Under the pieces are notes generated by a model. That model did not search any database and had not been told where the DNA came from. It saw only the letters and a program-made list of their open reading frames with translations. From a virus: a stretch of DNA of 64,000 bases. A program made the position numbers and the translations under genes. The stretch lies in IMG/VR virus record IMGVR_UViG_3300032331_000527, positions 1 through 64,000 of that record. One strand, 5' to 3'. Below are positions 33,601 to 42,540 of this stretch, one piece after another; the first letter of the stretch is position 1; each line of letters starts with the position of its first letter.

Positions 33601-36596
33601 AGCTGTGTGATACCAGTAAATGACCAAAGTGTTGCAGTAGCAGTGCCTGCCCATGTCAGAGGAGTAACGCCATACACAAGACCACCACTGAAATCTGCTG
33701 CGGTTGTTGTGCCAGCATTAGTGTAATATAATGTGCTAGACTTTGATAACGGTGCGTTGATTGTATAAGTGACAGTATCGCCTTCGTTCATTATTTTTCT
33801 ATCAGGCGTGATCGTGTATGCAAGTGACACTTCGTCAATTGAATTATAAACTTGATATGAAGATGCTGTTTGTCTTCTAGATACTGCTCCAGGAACCATT
33901 GTTTTTCCTCCTGGAGGATTATAAATGTTATCAACTGAAAATGTTGGTGCGGTGCTGTACACAGTAGGAATAACTGCACCACCACCACCGCCTGGATTAT
34001 AATAAGGAGTTAATGTAAACGCATTTGATGATTGGTCAACAAAAGAAAGACTATTGCATGTAAGCAATATTGTTCCGCCATTTATAGCGTTTATGTTAGT
34101 TCCAAGGCTTTGAGTTGCTGACAATCTAGAAGGTGGCGTAAAGTTTCCTGTATATACGCTAGTTGTATTATTAATTCTGTATTGAGAATAATACATATCA
34201 GCCGAGCTTACACCTAAGTAACCACCAGCAATTAGGAATTGTGTGATATTTGTTGTCTGAGCATTTGAAACTATATTATTTGTAACGCCATTCCATCCGC
34301 TTTGAACAACACCGTTGATATAAAGACTTAGTGTTGTGTTACATACGAGAGCAAAATGATTCCATTGGTTAAGAGTATATGCACTGTTTAACGATCCAGT
34401 TGGATTGTTTGTGCCATCATACAACTGCAAAGTTGTCCCATTATTATTAAAATATATCATAAAGGCCCAAGTTGAACCGTTGTACAAATCTAAAAGAACT
34501 TGGCCATTACCACCTGTTGAATATGTTGATGTTTTAAACCAAAATTCAATAGTCCAGTTATTTGACCTGGCGTTAAATACTGATCCGTTACCACCAGATG
34601 TTTGAACGTAAGTTATGATAGTACCTGCACTAGGATTAATTCTAACGCTGTACTCGGCCGTATCGGTATAGGTGTATGCGTTAGGATAAGTTGTTTGTAG
34701 TGTATATTCGTCAAACGAACTTTTTGTATATAAATTTCCGTCACTAGATAAACGACTATCTGGCCATGTTATTCCGCTTGCAGTAGGAAAAACTGTTGAT
34801 GCTGGTGTATTCCATACAATTCTTACTGCTCCGGCACCACCAGCACCACCGCCATTTATTCCGCCTCCACCTCCGCCTCCGTATGCTCCGCCGGCACCAG
34901 CACGTCCATCACCGGAAAGTCCGCCGTATGGAGCAATACCACCTGTTGCGAGACCACCAGTTGCTCCACCAGAACCGCCTGTACCAGGAAGACCTGCTCT
35001 AACACTACCGCTACCACCAGCACCAACACCAACACCATCAGCACCCTTACCTAAAGCTGTTAAACCAACGCCGCCGCCAGCACCAGCATAACCATAACCA
35101 TAAGGATTATCCAAACCACCTGAACCACCACCACCACCTCCGCTACCAGCGGCTGCATTTCCACCAGCTGTCATTACACCGTAAACACCAGGAGCGCCCG
35201 TACCACCAGTACCACTGTAGCCACCTGCGCCGCCGCCAGCACCAGACATGCCGCCGTTAACTGCGCCGCCTGCTCCACCATTACCGCCGCCGTCTCCTAT
35301 ATATGTTCCTCCCGCACCACCTGCTGATGTAGTGGGGTTCGCACCACCTGCTACAATTATTCCTCCTCTGCCGCCTCCACCTTTAACTGTGGAAGTGTTG
35401 ATAAAATAACTATCTCCACCATGATTTGCTGAACCGGTTAAATTTTCAGCACCACCTGCTCCTGCGACAACAGTATATGTTTGACCAGGAACAACAGTGA
35501 TATTATTTTTCCAACCTAAGCCACCTCCACCTCCACCAGATCCCGCACCAGCAGCACCAGCACCGCCACCACCAACACAAACGACACTAATATTAGTAAC
35601 ACCAGGAGGACACGTCCATGTAAATATTCCAGGTGTTCCAGAATATGTTAATGATGTTGCTGATATCGTAGAAGGATAAGAAGCAATTGCGTCGGCATAA
35701 GAATAAGAACTGTTCGAAGGACCATATTCATCAAATGCGCCTGGTATTTGAAGAACAGCAGCACTAGTAAATCGTTGTGCTAGTATTGTGCCTTCGTTGT
35801 TTAATGTGGCTGTTGTCGTATCAGATAAAGTTAATGTTTCTGTTATGCTATCATCAGAGAAAGGCCCATAAGGAGTAGGAATAACATAAGTTGTTTCGCT
35901 AACAGTTAAAGAATTTACAAACGGATAATGATTAGCACTATCATCGTATATTACGCCTTGTGTTCCTGTTAATAAAACAGTTCCACTGATTGCCGTTAAT
36001 GTTGATGTGGGGACAGTGTATGTAGCGCCAGTGTATAATGCAGTACCAATCACAACACGATGATTTGATATAGAAATATTTCCAACAGTACCGGCTGAGC
36101 CCTCTGTTACATAATCTAAAACACCATTAACCATCCATAAACCAGGATTAGGCATTGAACCCGTGCATGTTCCGGAAGCTTCTCTAGTACCATTAACATG
36201 TAAATAGAATGAAGAACCAGATCTGGTAACGGCTATATGATACCACTTATTAGCAACAAAATTATATGGAGCAGGATAATTTGTTGATGGTGTATTAGAT
36301 TGCCCTGTTGGAAAAGTTCCACCTGACCAAAAAAACGGATAAATGTTTGTTGTTGAACCTGTGCCTGGGTAATGAATTTGAAGACCAAAACAAAGTCTAC
36401 TAGCGGAAACACCGTTCGACCACGAACCAAAAAGATCAATTTGTGTAGCAGTAGCAACAAAAAATGATGATGGTAGTTTTATAAAAGCTTCTACAGTCCA
36501 ATTGCTACTGGCAAAATTTAATGCACCAGTAAATTTTAATTGATTTCCGATTTGGCCCGCTGCACCTTTAAAATTATAAGCATAATCAATAGCCAT
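30636..36596 (-). CDS. 1986-aa fibre/adhesin with 3 LamG-like and 3 glycine-rich modules
   Basis: WTVEAF/WTIEFW/FTIEGY...W.H.A...LY.NG three times; W/FT.P.G....V.GGG...G..RI.W three times. Confidence 0.85.
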   Translation of the reverse strand: MAIDYAYNFKGAAGQIGNQLKFTGALNFASSNWTVEAFIKLPSSFFVATATQIDLFGSWSNGVSASRLCFGLQIHYPGTGSTTNIYPFFWSGGTFPTGQSNTPSTNYPAPYNFVANKWYHIAVTRSGSSFYLHVNGTREASGTCTGSMPNPGLWMVNGVLDYVTEGSAGTVGNISISNHRVVIGTALYTGATYTVPTSTLTAISGTVLLTGTQGVIYDDSANHYPFVNSLTVSETTYVIPTPYGPFSDDSITETLTLSDTTTATLNNEGTILAQRFTSAAVLQIPGAFDEYGPSNSSYSYADAIASYPSTISATSLTYSGTPGIFTWTCPPGVTNISVVCVGGGGAGAAGAGSGGGGGGLGWKNNITVVPGQTYTVVAGAGGAENLTGSANHGGDSYFINTSTVKGGGGRGGIIVAGGANPTTSAGGAGGTYIGDGGGNGGAGGAVNGGMSGAGGGAGGYSGTGGTGAPGVYGVMTAGGNAAAGSGGGGGGSGGLDNPYGYGYAGAGGGVGLTALGKGADGVGVGAGGSGSVRAGLPGTGGSGGATGGLATGGIAPYGGLSGDGRAGAGGAYGGGGGGGINGGGAGGAGAVRIVWNTPASTVFPTASGITWPDSRLSSDGNLYTKSSFDEYTLQTTYPNAYTYTDTAEYSVRINPSAGTIITYVQTSGGNGSVFNARSNNWTIEFWFKTSTYSTGGNGQVLLDLYNGSTWAFMIYFNNNGTTLQLYDGTNNPTGSLNSAYTLNQWNHFALVCNTTLSLYINGVVQSGWNGVTNNIVSNAQTTNITQFLIAGGYLGVSSADMYYSQYRINNTTSVYTGNFTPPSRLSATQSLGTNINAINGGTILLTCNSLSFVDQSSNAFTLTPYYNPGGGGGAVIPTVYSTAPTFSVDNIYNPPGGKTMVPGAVSRRQTASSYQVYNSIDEVSLAYTITPDRKIMNEGDTVTYTINAPLSKSSTLYYTNAGTTTAADFSGGLVYGVTPLTWAGTATATLWSFTGITQLSTSGSGTGAVFSIRKNNATTTMATHGVLTVIPTSPGSGYQIGDTITISGASLGLTVTTNNLTITVGSDWFAQGVYPTTVTGTGLGTMTTGAANWTCPDGVYRISIAAVGGGGGGGSGAGAQGGGGGALGYNTDYAVVPGTVYPVVVGIGGAAGVNGGDSYFTDNLVGYSYLCYAGGGQSAGPGGTASSGIASLPKFSGFVGFSGGNGGGGAASPAAQGGGGGAGGFTANGGEGGLAFGSTGGGTGSLLLQLGKNSASGGGGGSSGGGAGVLDSVGTAVNTSTGNGGGGGGVLLVGVSNLGVGGVNLTGSSGAIIGQSGTGGSGGATGGAASATVGGAGGAQGGGGGGGSTTGGAGGAGALRIIWNYPHGFLPEQTALSIVGNTKLLTSQSATITDATGLNTIGNIATVVAGTTIIPFAGTYSNQFNGTTQYLYVPSSSNFVFGATDDFTIEGYLYTSATTINKGLIYKRSGSNISGVNFGTSTTTASRFTLKVANATGSAWTINDETAGTFAISTWYHFAITKTNGVIYLYINGLMVRKYAHTTAIYDDGSSLNIGQDPGGARWVGYLSNIRIIKGTALYYPPSTIVNRNYPDYPSVVQNSGSIPITNGTGTLALTVGQDILQEGVQDIQLQLRSGSTSGAVLATAPTVVVADTSKPLALPGGGQCWCAYPDYVSGPNLVYTGTPGVFTFTAPKGYTTVSAVAIGGGGGGGTNGGGGGGGGALAYSASIAVTAGTTYTITCGAGGAVTSAGTASSFASTIIANGGQPGGSPVAPVTGGAGGTVGAGTGFAGGAGGTGVGTIAGGGGGGAGGYTAVGGVGGTFTGTYPTTLVAGSGAASATGGAGGGAGGSATAGGYFAVGGGGGGTSPFGSVAVASIAGIAYAGAGSSCGRGGGGSGGVATTTAFGVQLGERGYTATPYPNGANQPPHGGRFGGGGGGGDGNGQPGGNGGPGCVRIIWGTGRAYPSTLTADRVSGYPAAVGNPTGQQ

Positions 36597-38020
36597 TATC
36601 CAAACACCGTATCCAATGAACCAGAAACTGAATTATAATATGTATAAACTGCACTTGTGCCGCTTGTTGTATTTGATGCGTAACCTACACGTCCAGCAGT
36701 ATATATGTTGCCAGTAACACCAACACCGCCAGTCACTTTGAATGCACCAGTTAGATTAGATGTTGATGCTGTCGCGTCTGTGACTGTGGTAGCACCAGAA
36801 ATTGTACCTCCAGTAAACGTGCCACCACCGCCGCCTGCTACAGGAGACCAGTAAATGCCAGTGCCCGATGTACGAAGATAATAACCAGCTGTACCAACAG
36901 AAGCGTTGGCAGTCAGAGTGCCAGTGATTACTGGATTATTTTTAGTTAGATATATCGTTGATGCGTTTGCAACCTGCAATCTATCACTGATAAGAGTTCT
37001 AAGCGCAGTGTTAGTGCCAGTTAAACCAACCCAAGATGCTTTAGCTAATAATAACGTATTGACGTTTGCAACTTGGTATCTGTCAGACACGAGGGTACGG
37101 ATAGCGGTGTTAGTTCCCGTCAATCCTGCCCATGTGGCTTTGGCATTCAGTAGCGTATTGACGTTAGCAACCTGATACCTATCATTAATCAACAAACGAA
37201 GTGCGGTATTGGTTCCAGTAAGATTCGTATTGATTAGATTGATACGCAGGTTTGTGTTTGCTAGATATGCTTTGGTGTTAGCGACTGATATCTTAGTTGA
37301 GATAAGGCTAGCTGTTGACGTAGCAAAGTTAGGATCATTTGCTAAAGCGGCCGCAAGTTCATATAGTGTGTTTAGTGTGCCGGGTGCTGAGTTGACAACA
37401 GCCGCAACAGATGTGTCCACATAATTACGAATGGCTGTATTTGTAGAAGTAAGATTGGTATTGATTAAGTTAATACGAGTTGCTTGCGCCGCAATGTAAG
37501 CATTGGTATTTGCTAGTGCTGCGCGCTCTGTCGTTATTGTTTGATAAGTTGCGGCTGCGTTTGCTACCTGTAATCTATCAGATACCAATGTACGAAGTGC
37601 TGTGTTAGTTCCCGTGAGCGCAGTCCATGTAGCCTTTGCATTCAGTAGCGTATTGACGTTTGCTACTTGAAGTCTATCGCTGATAAGTGTGCGAAGGGCC
37701 GTGTTGGTTCCTGTCAGTGCGGCCCAACTTGCACCACCAGAAACTACAATGGTGTTGATGTATGCGTTGGTATTAGCAAGAGCTGAATTAAATGTGGTTG
37801 TGTTGACTTTAGTTGCGATATACGAATTAGTATTAGCCAATATTGATTTGACGTTAGCGACTTGAATATAATCGTTCGTAAAACTAAAGACAGCCGTGCC
37901 GTTAGAAGAATATATCTTCTTGTCTTTGGTATTGATAGCAAGTTCACCAGTAGCAATATCTACTGTTGTTGGCACTTTCGCGGCAACGCTACTGCGTTTT
38001 ATTTTAATTGTGGAAGCCAC
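36596..38020 (-). CDS. Fibre protein with Mtd_N-like N-terminus and tandem repeats
   Basis: IKIKRSS...P......GELAIN..DKKIY; repeats LTGTNTALRTL.SDRLQVAN; SAPGTLNTL.ELAAAL.NDPNFA; GTG start after AGGAG. Confidence 0.8.
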   Translation of the reverse strand: MASTIKIKRSSVAAKVPTTVDIATGELAINTKDKKIYSSNGTAVFSFTNDYIQVANVKSILANTNSYIATKVNTTTFNSALANTNAYINTIVVSGGASWAALTGTNTALRTLISDRLQVANVNTLLNAKATWTALTGTNTALRTLVSDRLQVANAAATYQTITTERAALANTNAYIAAQATRINLINTNLTSTNTAIRNYVDTSVAAVVNSAPGTLNTLYELAAALANDPNFATSTASLISTKISVANTKAYLANTNLRINLINTNLTGTNTALRLLINDRYQVANVNTLLNAKATWAGLTGTNTAIRTLVSDRYQVANVNTLLLAKASWVGLTGTNTALRTLISDRLQVANASTIYLTKNNPVITGTLTANASVGTAGYYLRTSGTGIYWSPVAGGGGGTFTGGTISGATTVTDATASTSNLTGAFKVTGGVGVTGNIYTAGRVGYASNTTSGTSAVYTYYNSVSGSLDTVFG

Positions 38021-38039
38021 ACCCAACTCCTAGAGAGGA

Positions 38040-38069
38040 AGACCAAGGGAAACACTTGTCCCTTGGTCT
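38040..38069. other. Strong hairpin between late promoter and RBS
   Basis: AGACCAAGGGA/TCCCTTGGTCT 11-bp stem. Confidence 0.6.
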
Positions 38070-38078
38070 GAGTGATTA

Positions 38079-38085
38079 TATTTAG
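38079..38085 (-). promoter_or_regulatory. Late promoter variant
   Basis: CTAAATA. Confidence 0.55.
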
Positions 38086-39672
38086 TTAGTAAGTTCCGCC
38101 GTCGATGATTGCGTCAAGCTGAGCAAGACCATAACCAGTTCCCGATACGTTAACTGTAGATGTTGGTTCCACCTGAAGACCGGTATATGCCTTGAACACA
38201 CCATCTGTAGCATCTCTGAAGAAACCAGCATACTTAGTTCCGCTTGCTGCATACATGCCGTAGAAGCCGGTGTCAACTGCGTCTGTTGAGTTATTAGCAG
38301 CCAACTTAATCATTGAGTCATCGACGTTTAGTGTCGATGATGAGATATAAGTAACTGCACCTTCAACCGTCAAGTCACCATCAATTATTGCAGAACCAGT
38401 AATACGAGTATTACCAGAAACAGCAAGATTGGTGCTGATTGTCATACGGCCTGTATGAGCTAACAGACCAGATGTTGTTGGATTAGACTTAGTTGCATAT
38501 GTAGAAACAGCATTCGCTACCTCAAGGTAGATATTCTGTCTTGGCATCGCATCCCAGTAAGCGTTCGTACCGTTCGTGCGAAGAAGATAACCAGCTGATC
38601 CAAGCGAGTTGTTAGCCTTAAGACCAGTGACGCTAGTATTGCCAGAAACAACCAAGTTTGTGCTGATAGTAGCACGGCCTGTATGCGCTAGAATGCCAGA
38701 TGTTGTTGGGTTGGTAGCACTAGCCTTTGTCGCAATATACGAGTTGGTGTTAGCCAATACCGTATTGAATGTGGTTGTGTTTACCTTAGTGTCAATATAG
38801 CTGTTGGTATTAGCAAGAGCCGAATTGAAGGTAGTTGAATTGACCTTAGTTGCAATGTAGGTATTGGTATTAGCAAGATCAAGTCTAGCCTGGCTCTTTG
38901 TCTGATACGTCAAAGCCGCATTAGACATCTGAAGTCTGTCAGCAATCAATAAACGAAGCGCAGTGTTTGTGCCTGTTAGGTTAGTATTAACAAGCGTGAT
39001 GCGCTGGCCTTGCGTAGAGATATAAGCATTGGTATTTGCAAGGTCGGTATTGTGTGTGGTTGTGTTAAGCTTAGTCGCAATATAGCTGTTGGTATTCGCA
39101 AGATGCTGACGCTCAATTAACGCATTTGCTGCAATATACAAATTGGTATTTGCAAGGTCAGTGTTATGTGTAGTTGTGTTGAGCTTAGTTGCAATATACG
39201 AATTGGTATTCGCAAGTGCAGAGTTGAAAGTGGTAGAGCTTACTCTAGTCGCAATGTAGCTGTTTGTGTTAGCAAGGGCCAGCTTGAAGGTAGTGTTACT
39301 TACCTTAGTTGCGATGTAGGCATTTGTGTTAGCAAGCTGTGACTTGATATATGAGTTGGTATTTGCAAGTGCGCTATTGAAGGTCGTAGAATTGACCTTA
39401 GTTGCAATATACGAATTGGTATTTGCAAGAGCAGACTGGAATGTTGCGTTAGAAGCTGCATAAGCTTTCGTAGCATATTTAGCATCAGCGTTAGCAACCG
39501 TAATGTATGCGCCGATATTGAACGAAGCCGAACCACCGATTTCGAATACCGACGTGCCATTAGACGTATAGATTTTCTTATCTTTTAGGTTGACCGCTAG
39601 TTCGCCTGCATATAGACTACCTGGCACTGAGCTAGGTGTACTACTGCGTTTGATTTTGATAATTGAAGCCAT
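38086..39672 (-). CDS. Fibre protein, paralogous N-terminus, with about ten ~18-aa repeats
   Basis: MASIIKIKRSS; repeat TTFNSALANTNSYIATKVN; ends IDGGTY. Confidence 0.8.
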   Translation of the reverse strand: MASIIKIKRSSTPSSVPGSLYAGELAVNLKDKKIYTSNGTSVFEIGGSASFNIGAYITVANADAKYATKAYAASNATFQSALANTNSYIATKVNSTTFNSALANTNSYIKSQLANTNAYIATKVSNTTFKLALANTNSYIATRVSSTTFNSALANTNSYIATKLNTTTHNTDLANTNLYIAANALIERQHLANTNSYIATKLNTTTHNTDLANTNAYISTQGQRITLVNTNLTGTNTALRLLIADRLQMSNAALTYQTKSQARLDLANTNTYIATKVNSTTFNSALANTNSYIDTKVNTTTFNTVLANTNSYIATKASATNPTTSGILAHTGRATISTNLVVSGNTSVTGLKANNSLGSAGYLLRTNGTNAYWDAMPRQNIYLEVANAVSTYATKSNPTTSGLLAHTGRMTISTNLAVSGNTRITGSAIIDGDLTVEGAVTYISSSTLNVDDSMIKLAANNSTDAVDTGFYGMYAASGTKYAGFFRDATDGVFKAYTGLQVEPTSTVNVSGTGYGLAQLDAIIDGGTY

Positions 39673-39675
39673 TTC

Positions 39676-40365
39676 TTAATTCCTTTTTAGCTTTGAACCT
39701 TTTGACAAGCCGGTTCTGACTGGGGTTACAACGACGGGTTCCTCTTTTTCTAATATAGTCGGTTTGCGAACTCTTTCAGATTTAGAATCAGAAGGTCTGA
39801 CACTTTTTCTAACAGGAGCTTTAACATTCTCACGAATTTTATCTACAAGATCATTATTATGTTTAACACTTACCACATCTTCTGAATGTATAATACTTTT
39901 ACGTCTATTCTTTTCAGCTTTAGCTGAATTACCAGCCATCAAATCAAAACCAGAACCGATATTGATAGTTTGTTCCGCTAATATATCGTGGGTCAAACCT
40001 TTTCGTTTCTTGTTCTTTTTCGGATCATTCTCACCCTTAATATCAAAGCCAGTAGTGATCTTAGTAGTTTTTTTAGCCGTACCCGTAGACCCTTGTTTCT
40101 TGCTTATAGTAGGACGTGGGCTCATCATCATTAATTCATCTTTATAATGTCTATTTATATCTTTTAGGTTTTCGATCTCTGCCCGAGTTTGTGTGATCAC
40201 GTCAGCAACTGCATCTGTGTGCTTCACACTGATCTTACCCATTTCTTGTTCAAGATAGGCAACCTTGGTCTCAAGCAAAACTATCGTTGACATAAGATTG
40301 CCAATCTTGTTTTGTTGTTGCTCGATATAGAGATTGATGGTTTCTGATTCTTTATCTGTATCCAT
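39676..40365 (-). CDS. Hypothetical protein (N-terminal coiled coil, basic C-terminus)
   Basis: Co-oriented ORF with RBS in the island. Confidence 0.65.
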   Translation of the reverse strand: MDTDKESETINLYIEQQQNKIGNLMSTIVLLETKVAYLEQEMGKISVKHTDAVADVITQTRAEIENLKDINRHYKDELMMMSPRPTISKKQGSTGTAKKTTKITTGFDIKGENDPKKNKKRKGLTHDILAEQTINIGSGFDLMAGNSAKAEKNRRKSIIHSEDVVSVKHNNDLVDKIRENVKAPVRKSVRPSDSKSERVRKPTILEKEEPVVVTPVRTGLSKGSKLKRN

Positions 40366-40374
40366 GGCGTACCT

Positions 40375-41361
40375 TTAAAAAGAACCTCCGTCTAAATCTG
40401 TAAATGCAGGAGTTCCGTTCGAAGTGATTTGCATCACAGCACCGCTCGCTCCTGTTATAAATCCAATCACTGAACTATTGGCTCCAAACATTACACCATT
40501 CTTAGTGAATGAAGATAAACCTGTTCCACCATACTTTGTTCCTAAGACAGTTTGCAAAACCAATTCTGATAGATTCGTTTTTCCTGTAGTGCTTGAAGAA
40601 GTAACAATTGTTTGTGTCAGATTGTTAGCTTGAGTAACTTGGAAAACTCCATTGCCGGAAACACCAAGCGATACTCTACCAATATATATTGTATTTGAAG
40701 CCACATATAGGCTTTTGAATCGTCTTTTCGGTGAACCTAACGAATATGTATTATTCGCAGCTGGAATAATATCTTTAACAGCTATCGTTGTTGTTACGTT
40801 GTTAGATATTTTTGTTGCCAGCGCATTGTTTACGTTTGCAGCAAAATTGGCATTGTTGCCCATTGCCGTCGCAATTTCGCGAAGCGTATTTAATACCTCA
40901 GGAGCTGAGTTAACCAGCTGTGAAATTTGATTAGCCACATACAGACGAAGTGCGGTATTATTGGCTGTAAATGTTAGTGTCTTATCACCACTAGAGGTAT
41001 TGCTAGTGGTAATCTTGATGCCTTGACCACCAATAATTTTAATCGTGTCTTCGCCTACGGCCACGAGAGCCGCTTGTCCTGGCACGTTCCACGTCTTGAA
41101 CGAACTGCCTAGACTGACCTTGACTGTACCACTACCCCAACCAGCAACAGAAAATCCAGTATCTTTATCAAAACGGATTGCTGATATACCAGAGAACGAA
41201 TTGGTGATAGTATTCGCACCATTAATTTCGCTGACTATTATACCTGTTGCAACATTAGCAATTCTCTGATCAACATATAGTTTCGTAGTCGCGTCAGTGT
41301 TAGCTGTCGGCGAATCTAAGTTACGGAATACTGTTGGTGTTGGAAACGAAAGTACAGCCAT
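40375..41361 (-). CDS. Tail-fibre-like protein
   Basis: DATTKLYVD, SAPEVLNTLREIA.A.GN..NFA, YSLGSP..RF..LYV, LDGGSF. Confidence 0.75.
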   Translation of the reverse strand: MAVLSFPTPTVFRNLDSPTANTDATTKLYVDQRIANVATGIIVSEINGANTITNSFSGISAIRFDKDTGFSVAGWGSGTVKVSLGSSFKTWNVPGQAALVAVGEDTIKIIGGQGIKITTSNTSSGDKTLTFTANNTALRLYVANQISQLVNSAPEVLNTLREIATAMGNNANFAANVNNALATKISNNVTTTIAVKDIIPAANNTYSLGSPKRRFKSLYVASNTIYIGRVSLGVSGNGVFQVTQANNLTQTIVTSSSTTGKTNLSELVLQTVLGTKYGGTGLSSFTKNGVMFGANSSVIGFITGASGAVMQITSNGTPAFTDLDGGSF

Positions 41362-41364
41362 TTC

Positions 41365-42540
41365 TTATGTTACCACATATATTGTTGTTGCAGCAGAGAA
41401 ATTACCAAAACCGTAAACATTGTAAGTAGAACCAGAAATCGTTTGGTTGGTGTAAGTAACAGCTGGCGTAAGCACAACGTCGCTTCCCAAGAAGATATAT
41501 TTAAATGTGCGCGCAGCAGATGTTGGAGTAGCAATCCATGTGTAATCAGCAGGAGTAGCAGTCGTCACCACAGTTTGCCCTGTAGCAAATGCTGAGTTAT
41601 TATGACTATCACTTGTAGTGAATGTTGGATTAGAACTCGATTGCGTAGTTTTCCAAAAGAGCGGATAGTACACGGTCGCAGGTCCGCGTGTGACTGTTCT
41701 ATTAGCAGATGTTGCGGTACCAGCACCATTGAGACCAGTTCCGCTATAGTTTTGAGTTGATAGCGTATAACTCAATGTGCTGTCTATTGCTGCGCTTGAT
41801 CCTGCTGTTGCGCCGACAGAAGTTAATGTTGCAGTTCCACCACCAGTGTATGATGTAGTTCCAGCAACGCTTGAACCTGTAACAGCCAAAGACCAGTTGA
41901 ATGCTTGACTTGTAAGCCAAAACTTAACTGGATTTGTTGCCCAATTTGCTGTGATAGATGACACATTGAAAACAGTAGGTGCGGTGCCAGATAGAGTTGT
42001 GCCAGATCCAGTTCTTACCGAACGATTGGTCGTCAAGCTATATGTTATGGCCGTTGAGCTTCTTATCTGAATTGCGGATGAAAAGTGTGTAGACGATAGT
42101 GTGTATGTTCCGCCTGTTCCAGAAAGACCAAGAGTGTTTCTTAGGAATGTTCCGCTTAGATTCGTAACACCAGCGATGTTGATATAGTCTCCGTCCTGTA
42201 TGTTAAACGTAGAATTTGTCAAGCTAATAGTAAATACGATATTCTGTGTGTTCACTGTACCATTAGCATAGTCGGTATATTGATTCTTGGTAGAACCGCC
42301 AGATGCCCATGTGTTTGTGAAAGAAGATGCTTCTGCGCCTAGCTTTTGAATCGTGAATACACCACCAGGAAACTGATTGTTTGCAGTCAACACAACAGAC
42401 AACGAATCACCGGCAGTGATATTAGTCACTGTGCTGGTTATGAACGTGTTCCCAAGCGTGTTTACTTTACCAATGACCTCATTGATCTTGGTTCTTACAT
42501 CTTTGAATTTTATGGAAGAGTTTGCAGTTGTGATGGCCAT
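41365..42540 (-). CDS. Thr/Ser-rich virion structural protein
   Basis: Beta-rich T/S/G composition; position in the fibre island. Confidence 0.7.
   Translation of the reverse strand: MAITTANSSIKFKDVRTKINEVIGKVNTLGNTFITSTVTNITAGDSLSVVLTANNQFPGGVFTIQKLGAEASSFTNTWASGGSTKNQYTDYANGTVNTQNIVFTISLTNSTFNIQDGDYINIAGVTNLSGTFLRNTLGLSGTGGTYTLSSTHFSSAIQIRSSTAITYSLTTNRSVRTGSGTTLSGTAPTVFNVSSITANWATNPVKFWLTSQAFNWSLAVTGSSVAGTTSYTGGGTATLTSVGATAGSSAAIDSTLSYTLSTQNYSGTGLNGAGTATSANRTVTRGPATVYYPLFWKTTQSSSNPTFTTSDSHNNSAFATGQTVVTTATPADYTWIATPTSAARTFKYIFLGSDVVLTPAVTYTNQTISGSTYNVYGFGNFSAATTIYVVT

Noticed and set aside
36900-39480. Possible CRISPR array or DGR template/variable repeats (Mtd_N-like domains present)
   Set aside because: The repeats are in-frame protein repeats with synonymous variation; no unique spacers, no adenine-specific mismatch pattern noticed, and no cas or reverse transcriptase gene in the window
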